The translations under genes and the position numbers were made by a program. DNA of 64,000 bases, from positions 15,216-79,215 of the forward strand of contig JAGBAJ010000038.1 in assembly GCA_017939755.1 (NCBI GenBank), in the 5' to 3' direction. This document shows positions 29,370-38,254 of the stretch, in pieces. How positions within the stretch are numbered: position 1 is the stretch's first letter; each line of letters opens with the position of its first letter. Below the pieces are notes generated by a model. That model was not told the origin of the DNA and did not search any database. It was given only the letters and a program-made list of their open reading frames with translations. The stretch comes from Clostridia bacterium (GTDB lineage: Bacteria; Bacillota; Clostridia; TANB77; CAG-508).

Positions 29370-30110
29370 GTGAGTAATATTGTTAAAATAGATAAACCCA
29401 TTATATTAAAATTTGAAGATAGAGAAATCAAATTACCAAATGAGCTTAAAGAAAATATAGAAGTCTTTTGGAAAAATGCAATAAAAGAAAATCCAAATTT
29501 ATATAATGGACAAGATTATGTTGTAGAAACTATAAATGAAACTGAAGAAAATATTGAAATGATAGTTGTCAAATCAGCCTATGCGCATTATTTATATGAT
29601 GAAAGAGTTGGAATTAAAGAAGAAAAGTATAAATGCTGTACACCATGGGGAGGAATTTTATTAGTAACAAAAGATAATTATTTCGTCATAGGAGAAATGG
29701 ATAGAACAACTTCAATGCCAAACTGCTTACAGATATCAGGAGGCGGAATAGATATTGCTGATATCAAAAGAGGAATAATCAATATTGATTCAAATATAAA
29801 AAGAGAATTAAAAGAAGAAGTGAATCTTAACTTAGATGAAATAGATTATAAATTAGAATTTATAGAATATCCTAGCAAAACAAGAAATGCATATGGATTT
29901 TTAGCAATAGGCAAAATAAATCAAACAAAAGAAGAATTAAATCAACATTTTGAAGAATATAAAGAATATTTAATTAGAAATAATTTAGAAATAGAATTTA
30001 ATAAACTTATTTTTCTAAAAAAGGAAAACGCATTACAAGAGCTTGATGATTTACAAAATTATAAGAGACCATATTTAAGAGATTTGATAAAAGAAGCTGT
30101 TAAATATTAA
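29370..30110 (+). CDS. NUDIX-like protein with a degenerate Nudix box
   Basis: GGGIDIAD...IKRELKEEVNL. GTG start after RBS gaggagg. Confidence 0.55.
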   Translation: MSNIVKIDKPIILKFEDREIKLPNELKENIEVFWKNAIKENPNLYNGQDYVVETINETEENIEMIVVKSAYAHYLYDERVGIKEEKYKCCTPWGGILLVTKDNYFVIGEMDRTTSMPNCLQISGGGIDIADIKRGIINIDSNIKRELKEEVNLNLDEIDYKLEFIEYPSKTRNAYGFLAIGKINQTKEELNQHFEEYKEYLIRNNLEIEFNKLIFLKKENALQELDDLQNYKRPYLRDLIKEAVKY

Positions 30111-30207
30111 GAAATAATACGACATTATGGACGTTCGTTTTTGAAACAAATTATTAATTTGTTTCAAAAATGAGCGTCCCCAATTGACAACCAAATGATA
30201 ATTTAAA

Positions 30208-30783
<576 letters not shown>

Positions 30784-30820
30784 TCAATAATTATTGCCCG
30801 GTATTTGAACTTTACATAAT

Positions 30821-30849
30821 TTTACTTTTTGCAAAATATATGGTATAAT
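30821..30849 (+). promoter_or_regulatory. Extended -10 promoter about 270 nt upstream of the orphan gene at 31119
   Basis: tttact, 17-nt spacer, TGgTATAAT (tataat at 30844-30849). Confidence 0.45.
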
Positions 30850-31118
30850 ATAATTTAACAAATCCAAGCGATTTTGTTTTAAAAATTCCAGTTGAATCTT
30901 GCCGTTCAGATTTGACTGTTTATATAGTAGGAATATCCACCCACGACTATTGAAAGGAGTGTTGCCTATTAGGCCAAGAAATTTATCTAATTCAATGTGC
31001 TTCGTTGTTTTAGATATCGCCATCCATCTATCGGTACATGTATGAAGGTTTTACCTTGAAGCACATATTATATGTATCGAACACCTTAAAATTTTATTAA
31101 ATGAAAGGGAAATTCATT

Positions 31119-32051
31119 ATGAACAACTATGTAACAACTCTTGACACTTACAAAGAGCTTATTGACGTTATTGCAGGTCTCAAGAAAACAACAATGAGCA
31201 CCACTATTGCTGTATCCAAACTTGAGAAAATTGCAGAGGAAATGCTTGAGGAGCTCAGCGCAATCTACTCAACTGACCCGGAGGATGTTTCACCTATTGT
31301 TTGCGAAATTGATTGCTCAGAGCTTAACAAGAAGGCTACTGAGACTTACGAGGCTGCTGATGACACAACTGATGACGCTTCCGATGCCGATGAAACAGAC
31401 CGTGAATATGAGGCTTTCAAGAAAGCCTTTTATGAGAATCAGGAATCTGTGAAAAAGCGCTCTTCCGGCGGATTCAATGTATATAAGCCGGAGGTTGTAC
31501 AGGAAATCTATTGCCCTGCAAACATCAAAAATAACATTTTCCGCTGGGCTGATGTAGCTGCCCACCCTAATATGTTCTTCGCGCCGTTTGTTCTTGCTAA
31601 CTGGTTTGACTTTGCAATGGCAAAGGAGAGCTATACTCTTGATATGAGAGAAGCTGTGACCGAAGATGCACGTAAGCTCATGGCGGCTTGTGGTGGCACA
31701 ATTGGTGATTTCTGGAAGATTAGCTATGGTTATGATGCAAATGCTGATGACCACTTTGTTGAAATTCTGGTGATTGCTTATGGTAAGGTTTCAGTAAAAA
31801 TCAGAATGTACTGGCTTGCTGAACTTGTGTACAACAGTAAACTGCTTGATCTCGTGGATGAGAATGGTAACCCGTCTGGCGCTACGCTTTATAATTTCGT
31901 AAGCCATGTTAATCCTATCTACATCTCAGGAACTGCGACAAGAGGACTCGACGTCGACGAGAGCAATCTCTGCTCAACGGCTGAAATTGTCCTGGGTATG
32001 TTCCTTGGTGAGGTTTCTCGTGCTACTATGATTGATTATAGTCAGAAGTAA
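31119..32051 (+). CDS. Hypothetical protein, compositionally foreign orphan
   Basis: 310-aa ORF with RBS aaaggga. Acidic linker ETYEAADDTTDDASDADETD. Spot G+C is about 43-45% against about 30% in priA. No motif recognised. Confidence 0.7.
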   Translation: MNNYVTTLDTYKELIDVIAGLKKTTMSTTIAVSKLEKIAEEMLEELSAIYSTDPEDVSPIVCEIDCSELNKKATETYEAADDTTDDASDADETDREYEAFKKAFYENQESVKKRSSGGFNVYKPEVVQEIYCPANIKNNIFRWADVAAHPNMFFAPFVLANWFDFAMAKESYTLDMREAVTEDARKLMAACGGTIGDFWKISYGYDANADDHFVEILVIAYGKVSVKIRMYWLAELVYNSKLLDLVDENGNPSGATLYNFVSHVNPIYISGTATRGLDVDESNLCSTAEIVLGMFLGEVSRATMIDYSQK

Positions 32052-32067
32052 TTTGTAGGAAAAGAAA

Positions 32068-32096
32068 AGTGACCTCCTTCGGGGGGTCGCTTTTTG
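32068..32096 (+). terminator. GC-rich intrinsic terminator of the orphan gene
   Basis: agtgacctcc-ttc-ggggggtcgct followed by ttttt. Confidence 0.75.
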
Positions 32097-32230
32097 AGTT
32101 GTGTTATTTGTTGCATATAATGGGATTTAACTTAATTGATACTATAAATTAAAAGTTATCAAAAATACCCATTCCCATTGACCTCTTTTTTGAAATTTGA
32201 TACTATAAAAAAGCTTTAGGAGGTGAGAGC

Positions 32231-34477
32231 ATGATTGCAGAAATTATTATGAATAGCTCTGTAAAAAACTTAGACAGAACTTTCGACTATAGTATTCCGC
32301 ATGATATGGAAGAAAAAATTCATATTGGAAGTAGGGTTTTAGTTAAATTTGGAAACATAAAAGAGCTTAAAGAAGGCTTTGTTGTGAATATAAAAGAAAA
32401 ATCTGATTTTGAAGTAAAAGAAATTTCAAAAGTTGAGGAAAAAGACTTTATAGATAAGGCTAAAGTAAGTCTTGCTAAGTGGATGGCTGAAAGATATTTT
32501 TGCAATGTTTCTGAATGTATAAAGTTGATGCTCCCACCTGGTACGGGAACAAATAATTTAGCAAATAGAGCTAAGGAAAAGACAGCCAGATTTATTAGAT
32601 TAATAAAAAGCATAGATGAAATAGAAGCGGAAATTGAAAATAAAATACTAAAATCTGAAAAACAAATAAGAGCTTTAAGAGCTCTTGAGAAAATAGACGA
32701 AATTCCATCAAAGGAGCTTGAAGAAATTGCAGATGTTACTTCTGCAGTTTTAAAAACATTAGAGAAAAATGGTTATATAGAATTTTATGAACAAGCTACA
32801 GAGCGCAACCCATTTTTGCATAAAGTGGTAGCTGCCACACAAAACTTGGAATTAACTGACGAGCAAAAAAACGCATATATAGCAGTTGAGAATGCAATTG
32901 ATGATATGATGAATTCAGAGTTTCTTTTATTTGGAGTAACTGGCTCTGGAAAAACCGAAGTCTATTTGCAACTAATTGAGAAAGTTTTATCAGAAGGAAA
33001 AACAAGTGTAATGCTTGTTCCGGAAATATCGCTAACGCCACAAACAGTAGATAGATTCATTAGCCGATTTGGACAAGAAAAAATTGCAGTATTACATAGT
33101 AAATTGTCTGTTGGGGAAAGATATGACCAGTGGTATAAAATAAAAAATGGAGATGCAAAAATTGTAATTGGTGCAAGGTCTGCAATGTTTGCACCAGTAA
33201 ATGATTTAGGTTTAATAATTATAGATGAGGAGCACGATACTTCATACAAATCTGAATCTACCCCTAGATATAATGTAAAAGATGTTGCAAGATATTTGGC
33301 AAAAGAGTATAGTGTGCCAATTGTTTTTGGAAGTGCAACTCCAGATATGGACACATATTTTAGGGCACAAAATGGAGATATAGAGCTTTTAGAGCTAACT
33401 AAAAGAGCAAATAATGCAAGTCTTCCAAATATTGAAATTGTTGACATGAGAGAAGAATTAAAAAATGGCAATAGAACTTCTATTAGCATGAATCTTTATG
33501 AAAGTATAAAGCAAAATATTGCAAATAAAAAACAAACAATTTTGTTCTTAAATAGAAGAGGCTATTCAACATTTATAATGTGCAGAGATTGTGGATATGT
33601 TGCTAAATGCAAATATTGTAATATAGCTTTAACATATCATAGTAAAGAAAACAGATTAAGATGCCATTATTGTGGATATGAAGTTTTACCATTTAATAAT
33701 TGCCCAGAATGTAATAGTAAATCAATAAAATATTCGGGAAGCGGAACTCAAAAATTAGAAGAGGAAATAAATAAGATATTTCCTTCTGCATCAACAATAA
33801 GAATGGATGTAGACACAATTACTAAAAAGAATTCTCATGAAGATATTTTAAATAGATTTAAAAATGAAAATATAGATATACTAATAGGGACGCAAATGGT
33901 TGTAAAAGGACATCATTTTCCAAATGTAACATTAGTTGGTGTTATATTTGCAGATGGAAGTTTAAATATAGATGACTATAGAGCAAATGAAAGGACATTT
34001 CAGATTTTAACACAAGTTGCAGGAAGAGCTGGAAGAGACAAGGATAAGGGAAATGTTATAATACAAACATACAACCCAGATAATTTGGCAATAGAATATT
34101 CTAAAGAGCAAAACTATAAAGTTTTTTATGATACAGAGATAAAAATTCGAAAAGCATTGAAATATCCGCCTTTTTGTGATATAATACTCATCGGATTTAG
34201 TTCGGAAAATGAGAATAATGTAGTAAACTCTGCTAAATTTATATATAAAAGTTTAAAAGATAAAATAATAAATAACAAATTAAAAATTATTTTATATAAA
34301 CCTGTACCAGCACCAGTTGATAAAATAAAAAATAAAGTTAGGTGGAGAGTAATTATAAAATGCAAATTTGATGATGAAATCATTAAGGCGCTAAATGATT
34401 CAATGCAAGAGCTAAGCAGTATTAACTATAAGAATGTAAAATCGGTTATAGAGCTTAACCCGACAAATATGATGTAA
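32231..34477 (+). CDS. priA: Primosomal replication-restart helicase PriA
   Basis: Walker A GVTGSGKTEVY, DEEHD, and zinc-binding CRDCGY..CKYCN..CHYCGY..CPEC. Confidence 0.9.
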   Translation: MIAEIIMNSSVKNLDRTFDYSIPHDMEEKIHIGSRVLVKFGNIKELKEGFVVNIKEKSDFEVKEISKVEEKDFIDKAKVSLAKWMAERYFCNVSECIKLMLPPGTGTNNLANRAKEKTARFIRLIKSIDEIEAEIENKILKSEKQIRALRALEKIDEIPSKELEEIADVTSAVLKTLEKNGYIEFYEQATERNPFLHKVVAATQNLELTDEQKNAYIAVENAIDDMMNSEFLLFGVTGSGKTEVYLQLIEKVLSEGKTSVMLVPEISLTPQTVDRFISRFGQEKIAVLHSKLSVGERYDQWYKIKNGDAKIVIGARSAMFAPVNDLGLIIIDEEHDTSYKSESTPRYNVKDVARYLAKEYSVPIVFGSATPDMDTYFRAQNGDIELLELTKRANNASLPNIEIVDMREELKNGNRTSISMNLYESIKQNIANKKQTILFLNRRGYSTFIMCRDCGYVAKCKYCNIALTYHSKENRLRCHYCGYEVLPFNNCPECNSKSIKYSGSGTQKLEEEINKIFPSASTIRMDVDTITKKNSHEDILNRFKNENIDILIGTQMVVKGHHFPNVTLVGVIFADGSLNIDDYRANERTFQILTQVAGRAGRDKDKGNVIIQTYNPDNLAIEYSKEQNYKVFYDTEIKIRKALKYPPFCDIILIGFSSENENNVVNSAKFIYKSLKDKIINNKLKIILYKPVPAPVDKIKNKVRWRVIIKCKFDDEIIKALNDSMQELSSINYKNVKSVIELNPTNMM

Positions 34478-34501
34478 ATTTAAAATAGAATATCATAAAT
34501 T

Positions 34502-34642
34502 TGAATTTATGAATAGGTTAAAAATATTATAGAAATATTAACTTAAGGAGAGGTATGTTGGAGAATAATTAGAATTTTGGTTGTTTCAAATTTAATTCTT
34601 TTCCAATCAGATTTAAGCATTAAGGAAGGAATGTGATTAAAT
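34502..34642 (+). promoter_or_regulatory. def leader, homologous to the ppa leader (shared module with a mini-ORF)
   Basis: tgaatttatgaata ... aaggagaggtATGTTGGAGAATAATTAG ... cagatttaagcattaaggaaggaatgtgattaaa. The last 21 nt are identical to 43483-43503. Confidence 0.6.
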
Positions 34643-35119
34643 ATGGCAGTAAGAAATGTAAGATTAGAATCAGATGAAATCTTAAGAAAAAAGTCTAGAC
34701 CAGTAGAAGTAGTAGATGAAAAAATAAAAGAGCTTGTCGGAGATATGATCGAAACAATGCACAAATTTGATGGTGTTGGACTTGCAGCCCCTCAAGTTGG
34801 AGTTCTAAAAAGAGTAGTTGTTATAGATTTATATGATGGAAATGAACCATATGTACTAATCAATCCAGAGATTATTAAAACTAAAGGGGAGCAAGAAGTC
34901 GACGAAGGCTGTTTAAGTTTTCCAAATAAATTTGCAAAAGTTATTAGACCTGCAGAAGTGACTGCAAAAGCATTAGATATAAATGGAAAAGAATATAAAA
35001 TTAAGGGAAAAGGATTATTAGCACAAGCAATAGTTCACGAAGTTGACCACCTTGAAGGTATATTATTTGTGGATAAGATTATTCCAGGAACAATGGAAAT
35101 CATAAAACCAGAAGAATAA
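34643..35119 (+). CDS. def: Peptide deformylase
   Basis: GVGLAAPQVG, EGCLSFP and HEVDHLEG motifs. Confidence 0.95.
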   Translation: MAVRNVRLESDEILRKKSRPVEVVDEKIKELVGDMIETMHKFDGVGLAAPQVGVLKRVVVIDLYDGNEPYVLINPEIIKTKGEQEVDEGCLSFPNKFAKVIRPAEVTAKALDINGKEYKIKGKGLLAQAIVHEVDHLEGILFVDKIIPGTMEIIKPEE

Positions 35120-35198
35120 GTTTAAATAAAATATGTAATTATTAGTAATAGATAATGTGTGCAGCTACTGAGCTCATACATTTAAAGGAGTGATTTGT

Positions 35199-36182
35199 TT
35201 GAAAATTCTATTTATGGGGACACCTGACTTTGCGCTGGAATCGCTAAAAAGCATATACGAAGCTGGACATGAAATAATAGCTGTTGTTACTAATCCGGAT
35301 CGACCAAAGGGAAGAGGAATGAAAATGGTAGCCTCTCCTGTTAAGGAATATGCTATCCAAAAAAATATAAAAGTATATCAACCAGAAAAGGTAAAGAAGA
35401 ACGAGGCATTTATTGAAGAAATAAAATCATTAAATCCAGAGCTAATTTGTGTTGTAGCATATGGAAAAATTTTGCCAAAAAATATATTAGATATTCCAAA
35501 GTATGGAAGCGTAAATGTTCATGGATCTTTATTACCTAAATATAGAGGTGCTGCACCAATACAATGGTCAGTGTTAAATGGTGACAAAGTTACTGGAGTA
35601 ACAACTATGTATATGGATATTGGAATGGATGAAGGCGATATTATTCTAAAAAGAGAAGTTGAAATTGGAGACGATGAAACAACAGGAGAGCTATGGAATA
35701 GATTATCTAAGCTTGGGGGAGAACTTTTGGTGGAGACAATTAAAAAAATTGAAGATGGAACTGCTCCAAGAGTAAAGCAAGGCGAAGATTACTCAATGGC
35801 TCCAATGTTAGATAAAGAAATGGCAAAAATAGATTGGGAAAACAAGTCTGCGGCAGAAATTAAAAATCTCGTAAGAGGTTTAAATCCAATTATGGGTGCA
35901 TATACATTTTATGAGGGTAAAAAAATAAAATTTTGGAAGGTTGAAACATATACTGATGATCAAATTATTAATATGTTTCCAGAATTAGAAGAATTTAAAG
36001 ATAGATTTTTAGACCTACCAGAAGGAACAATTTTATTTTCAGATAGCAAAACAGGATTATATATAAAGGCCAAAGATGGCAATATTAAAGTTATTGAAAT
36101 TCAAGGAGAAAATGCTAAAAGAATGAGCTCAGAAGAATTTTTAAGAGGGAATTCATTAGTAGCAGGATTATATTTTGAATAG
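35199..36182 (+). CDS. fmt: Methionyl-tRNA formyltransferase
   Basis: TTG start 8 nt after aaaggag gives MKILFMGTPDFA. Also has HGSLLPKYRGAAPIQW. Confidence 0.9.
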   Translation: MKILFMGTPDFALESLKSIYEAGHEIIAVVTNPDRPKGRGMKMVASPVKEYAIQKNIKVYQPEKVKKNEAFIEEIKSLNPELICVVAYGKILPKNILDIPKYGSVNVHGSLLPKYRGAAPIQWSVLNGDKVTGVTTMYMDIGMDEGDIILKREVEIGDDETTGELWNRLSKLGGELLVETIKKIEDGTAPRVKQGEDYSMAPMLDKEMAKIDWENKSAAEIKNLVRGLNPIMGAYTFYEGKKIKFWKVETYTDDQIINMFPELEEFKDRFLDLPEGTILFSDSKTGLYIKAKDGNIKVIEIQGENAKRMSSEEFLRGNSLVAGLYFE

Positions 36183-36315
36183 AAATGTTTAGACTAGAAA
36201 CATGTGAAAAATGCGCATATGTTTCTAGTCTTTTCCTATTTATTATATATATAATTGGACATATAATTTATATATGGTACAATATCTATAGTAAAATTTT
36301 GTGGAGGATTTATAA

Positions 36316-37017
36316 ATGATAAAAAAAGAAGTATTAGATTTGGTGGATGTTAAAAATGCGGATTTTAAAGATATATTTTCACTATGTATTGGAAATATGT
36401 ACATAATTCAGAAAAGATTTATTGATTATATTGGAACATATGGTAGATGGAATACCAGTGTTAAAGAAGGAATGTTGATGCTTGATGATAAAAAATATGA
36501 TGTTGAGTTTATTGGAACAACAAGTACAGCTGATAATTATTGGTTTTCTTCTGAACTTGAACAAGTAATTCCTGATGAGTATGTTAATATAATGATTCAA
36601 ACTAGAAAGATACTCCAAGCTGTTGGAATTGATAGTTTGGCACAAGGAAAAATTTTATTGGATGATGAAAAGACAGGATATAACTTATCAATGATATATT
36701 TAGCCTTTGCCCCAGTAGAGGCAGCATATTTTAACGGATCAGGTGATACATCAATTTATATGTTTGTTAAAAATTTACCGCAGGATATTTTTAAAAAGAT
36801 GAATTCTATAGAGTTTGTTAACAGCATGATGGAGATAATAGGCACTTTTAATGTAAATCACAAGTTACTAATTAAGGCTGTTTTAATTCAAAATGGTATA
36901 GAATATGTTGAAGAGGGAAATGATATTCTTGCTAAATTTAATGAAAAATCTGTAATATCTGTTCAGTTTGATGGAAGTGAACGTATAACAAAAATAAATG
37001 GAAATCTAAGCTTATAG
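36316..37017 (+). CDS. Hypothetical protein, loosely reminiscent of the DUF6882 pattern
   Basis: 233-aa ORF with RBS ggagga. GRWNTSVKEGMLMLDDKKYDVEFIGTTSTADNYWFSS resembles the W..D...G...F....v..lGs.s....W.W pattern from memory only. Confidence 0.55.
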   Translation: MIKKEVLDLVDVKNADFKDIFSLCIGNMYIIQKRFIDYIGTYGRWNTSVKEGMLMLDDKKYDVEFIGTTSTADNYWFSSELEQVIPDEYVNIMIQTRKILQAVGIDSLAQGKILLDDEKTGYNLSMIYLAFAPVEAAYFNGSGDTSIYMFVKNLPQDIFKKMNSIEFVNSMMEIIGTFNVNHKLLIKAVLIQNGIEYVEEGNDILAKFNEKSVISVQFDGSERITKINGNLSL

Positions 37018-37083
37018 GTGAATTGTAGTAACATAAGGTTCATCTAAAAAATAAAAAGATACAACTTAAGAGATTACCTAAAA

Positions 37084-37204
37084 AAAGCGTTGTAATATAT
37101 GAATTTTAGAGTGAAACAAGGTATTTTAATTTTGATTGTAAATCAAAATTGAAATAGCCATGCGTCCGCAGTGGAACGTTAAAATTTATATATTACAACG
37201 CTTT
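37084..37204. repeat. 121-nt nested hairpin element with 23-nt terminal inverted repeats
   Basis: Arms aaagcgttgtaatatatgaattt / aaatttatatattacaacgcttt (22/23 complementary). Inner stem aattttgatt / aatcaaaatt. GC-rich core ccatgcgtccgcagtggaacg. Confidence 0.75.
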
Positions 37205-37257
37205 AATTTTATACTATTAAGTTGTAACGAGAAATTTTGTAATATAAAATTATATAA

Positions 37258-37286
37258 TTGACAAGCTGTAAAGTATGTGCTTTAAT
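37258..37286 (+). promoter_or_regulatory. Promoter of the HNH gene
   Basis: TTGACA, 17-nt spacer, TTTAAT. Confidence 0.5.
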
Positions 37287-37355
37287 TTGCATGTAAGCAT
37301 ACACAAAAACACAAAATTCGTACGTTGTAATACAATTTATGAGAGGAGAATTGAT

Positions 37356-38072
37356 ATGAAAATACCACTTCCGTGTAAAGATTATGTTTTTCCCGATGGT
37401 AGCGCTGAAATCCGGGATTGGGTTTTGTACATTCATAAGCCTAAAGCGGTTAAGGATGTAATGTATAAAATAACGTATATGATATATGGAAATGATGAGT
37501 GTTATTATTGTCATAGAAAGCTAAAGGAACACATTGAGCCAAACGAAACAGATAAATACTTTAGTAAGATGACAATAGATCATCTATACTCCCAAGAGTT
37601 TGGTGGACTAACAATTCCCCAAAATATGCGTCCTTGTTGCGAAAGGTGCAACCTAAGAAAGGGCAATTTATTTGAAGACGAATTTGAGGAAAAGAAAAGG
37701 TTACCAACTGGAAGTGATGAAGAATCACGGCTAATTAGAGCAAACTTTGATATGAAAATCAAGAAAATACAAGAGAATCGAAGAATGGGTTTGTCTTTGG
37801 GTATTCCAGAGGAATGGCTTACCCCGGCAAAAAGCATTAAGAGAGTACATTGTAGTTTATGGTTATTCGAAGGATTTGGTGCAGAGTATAGAAAGCAGAA
37901 AAATATGCAGCAAAAAAATAAGTACATTGCTAGGACTATTATGCTAAGCTCCAATTTCTATGTGCTAGATGGTTTTTATACAATAATGCTCACAAAAATG
38001 GACCGACGATTCGAAGATTACAAAATTAGTGTATTGGACAATGTCGTCTACGATGGAGACGAACTTATGTGA
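37356..38072 (+). CDS. HNH endonuclease with an uncharacterised ~130-aa C-terminal region
   Basis: CYYCHRKL...TIDHLYSQEFGG...NMRPCCERCNLRKGN (Cys4 plus H-N-N). RBS gagaggag. Spot G+C is about 42%. Confidence 0.8.
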   Translation: MKIPLPCKDYVFPDGSAEIRDWVLYIHKPKAVKDVMYKITYMIYGNDECYYCHRKLKEHIEPNETDKYFSKMTIDHLYSQEFGGLTIPQNMRPCCERCNLRKGNLFEDEFEEKKRLPTGSDEESRLIRANFDMKIKKIQENRRMGLSLGIPEEWLTPAKSIKRVHCSLWLFEGFGAEYRKQKNMQQKNKYIARTIMLSSNFYVLDGFYTIMLTKMDRRFEDYKISVLDNVVYDGDELM

Positions 38073-38090
38073 CGAAATAACACCAAAAAG

Positions 38091-38120
38091 ATGCCCTGCG
38101 CACTCGCAGGGTGTTTTTTT
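38091..38120 (+). terminator. GC-rich intrinsic terminator of the HNH gene
   Basis: Stem atgccctgcg-cact-cgcagggtgt followed by tttttt. Confidence 0.8.
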
Positions 38121-38172
38121 GATTTTTCGATTTGTTCTTAGTTAAAAAAATAAAAAATACAAATAAAAAGTA

Positions 38173-38201
38173 TTGACATTAGCATAAAATGGATATAATA
38201 T
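38173..38201 (+). promoter_or_regulatory. hrcA operon promoter
   Basis: TTGACA (38173-38178) and TATAAT/TAATAT around 38194-38201, immediately upstream of CIRCE. Confidence 0.55.
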
Positions 38202-38210
38202 ATACACAGT

Positions 38211-38237
38211 TTAGCACTCAAACCAAAAGACTGCTAA
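38211..38237 (+). promoter_or_regulatory. CIRCE operator (HrcA binding site)
   Basis: TTAGCACTC-N9-GACTGCTAA, one mismatch to the TTAGCACTC-N9-GAGTGCTAA consensus. Confidence 0.85.
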
Positions 38238-38254
38238 AAAGAAGGTGGAAAATA

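Noticed and set aside
30784-31023. 79-aa minus-strand ORF in the leader of the orphan gene.
   Set aside because: It has a weak RBS and no recognisable motif, and it overlaps the predicted leader transcript. It is not excluded and is mentioned under the orphan-gene finding, but it is not supported well enough to call as a feature.
37084-38072. Idea that the HNH protein is an IscB/IshB-type OMEGA nuclease (N-terminal IPLPC resembling the PLMP motif) with an upstream omega-RNA.
   Set aside because: The best promoter (37258-37286) lies downstream of the structured element and leaves only a ~60-nt AT-rich leader. There is no RuvC domain, no TnpA and no IS200/605-type ends. The PLMP-like match is only 3-4 residues.
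38189-38254. Longer hrcA start at 38189, as in the ORF table.
   Set aside because: That stretch contains the -10 region of the promoter and the CIRCE operator. A TTG at 38255 with RBS aaggtgg gives the canonical HrcA N-terminus.
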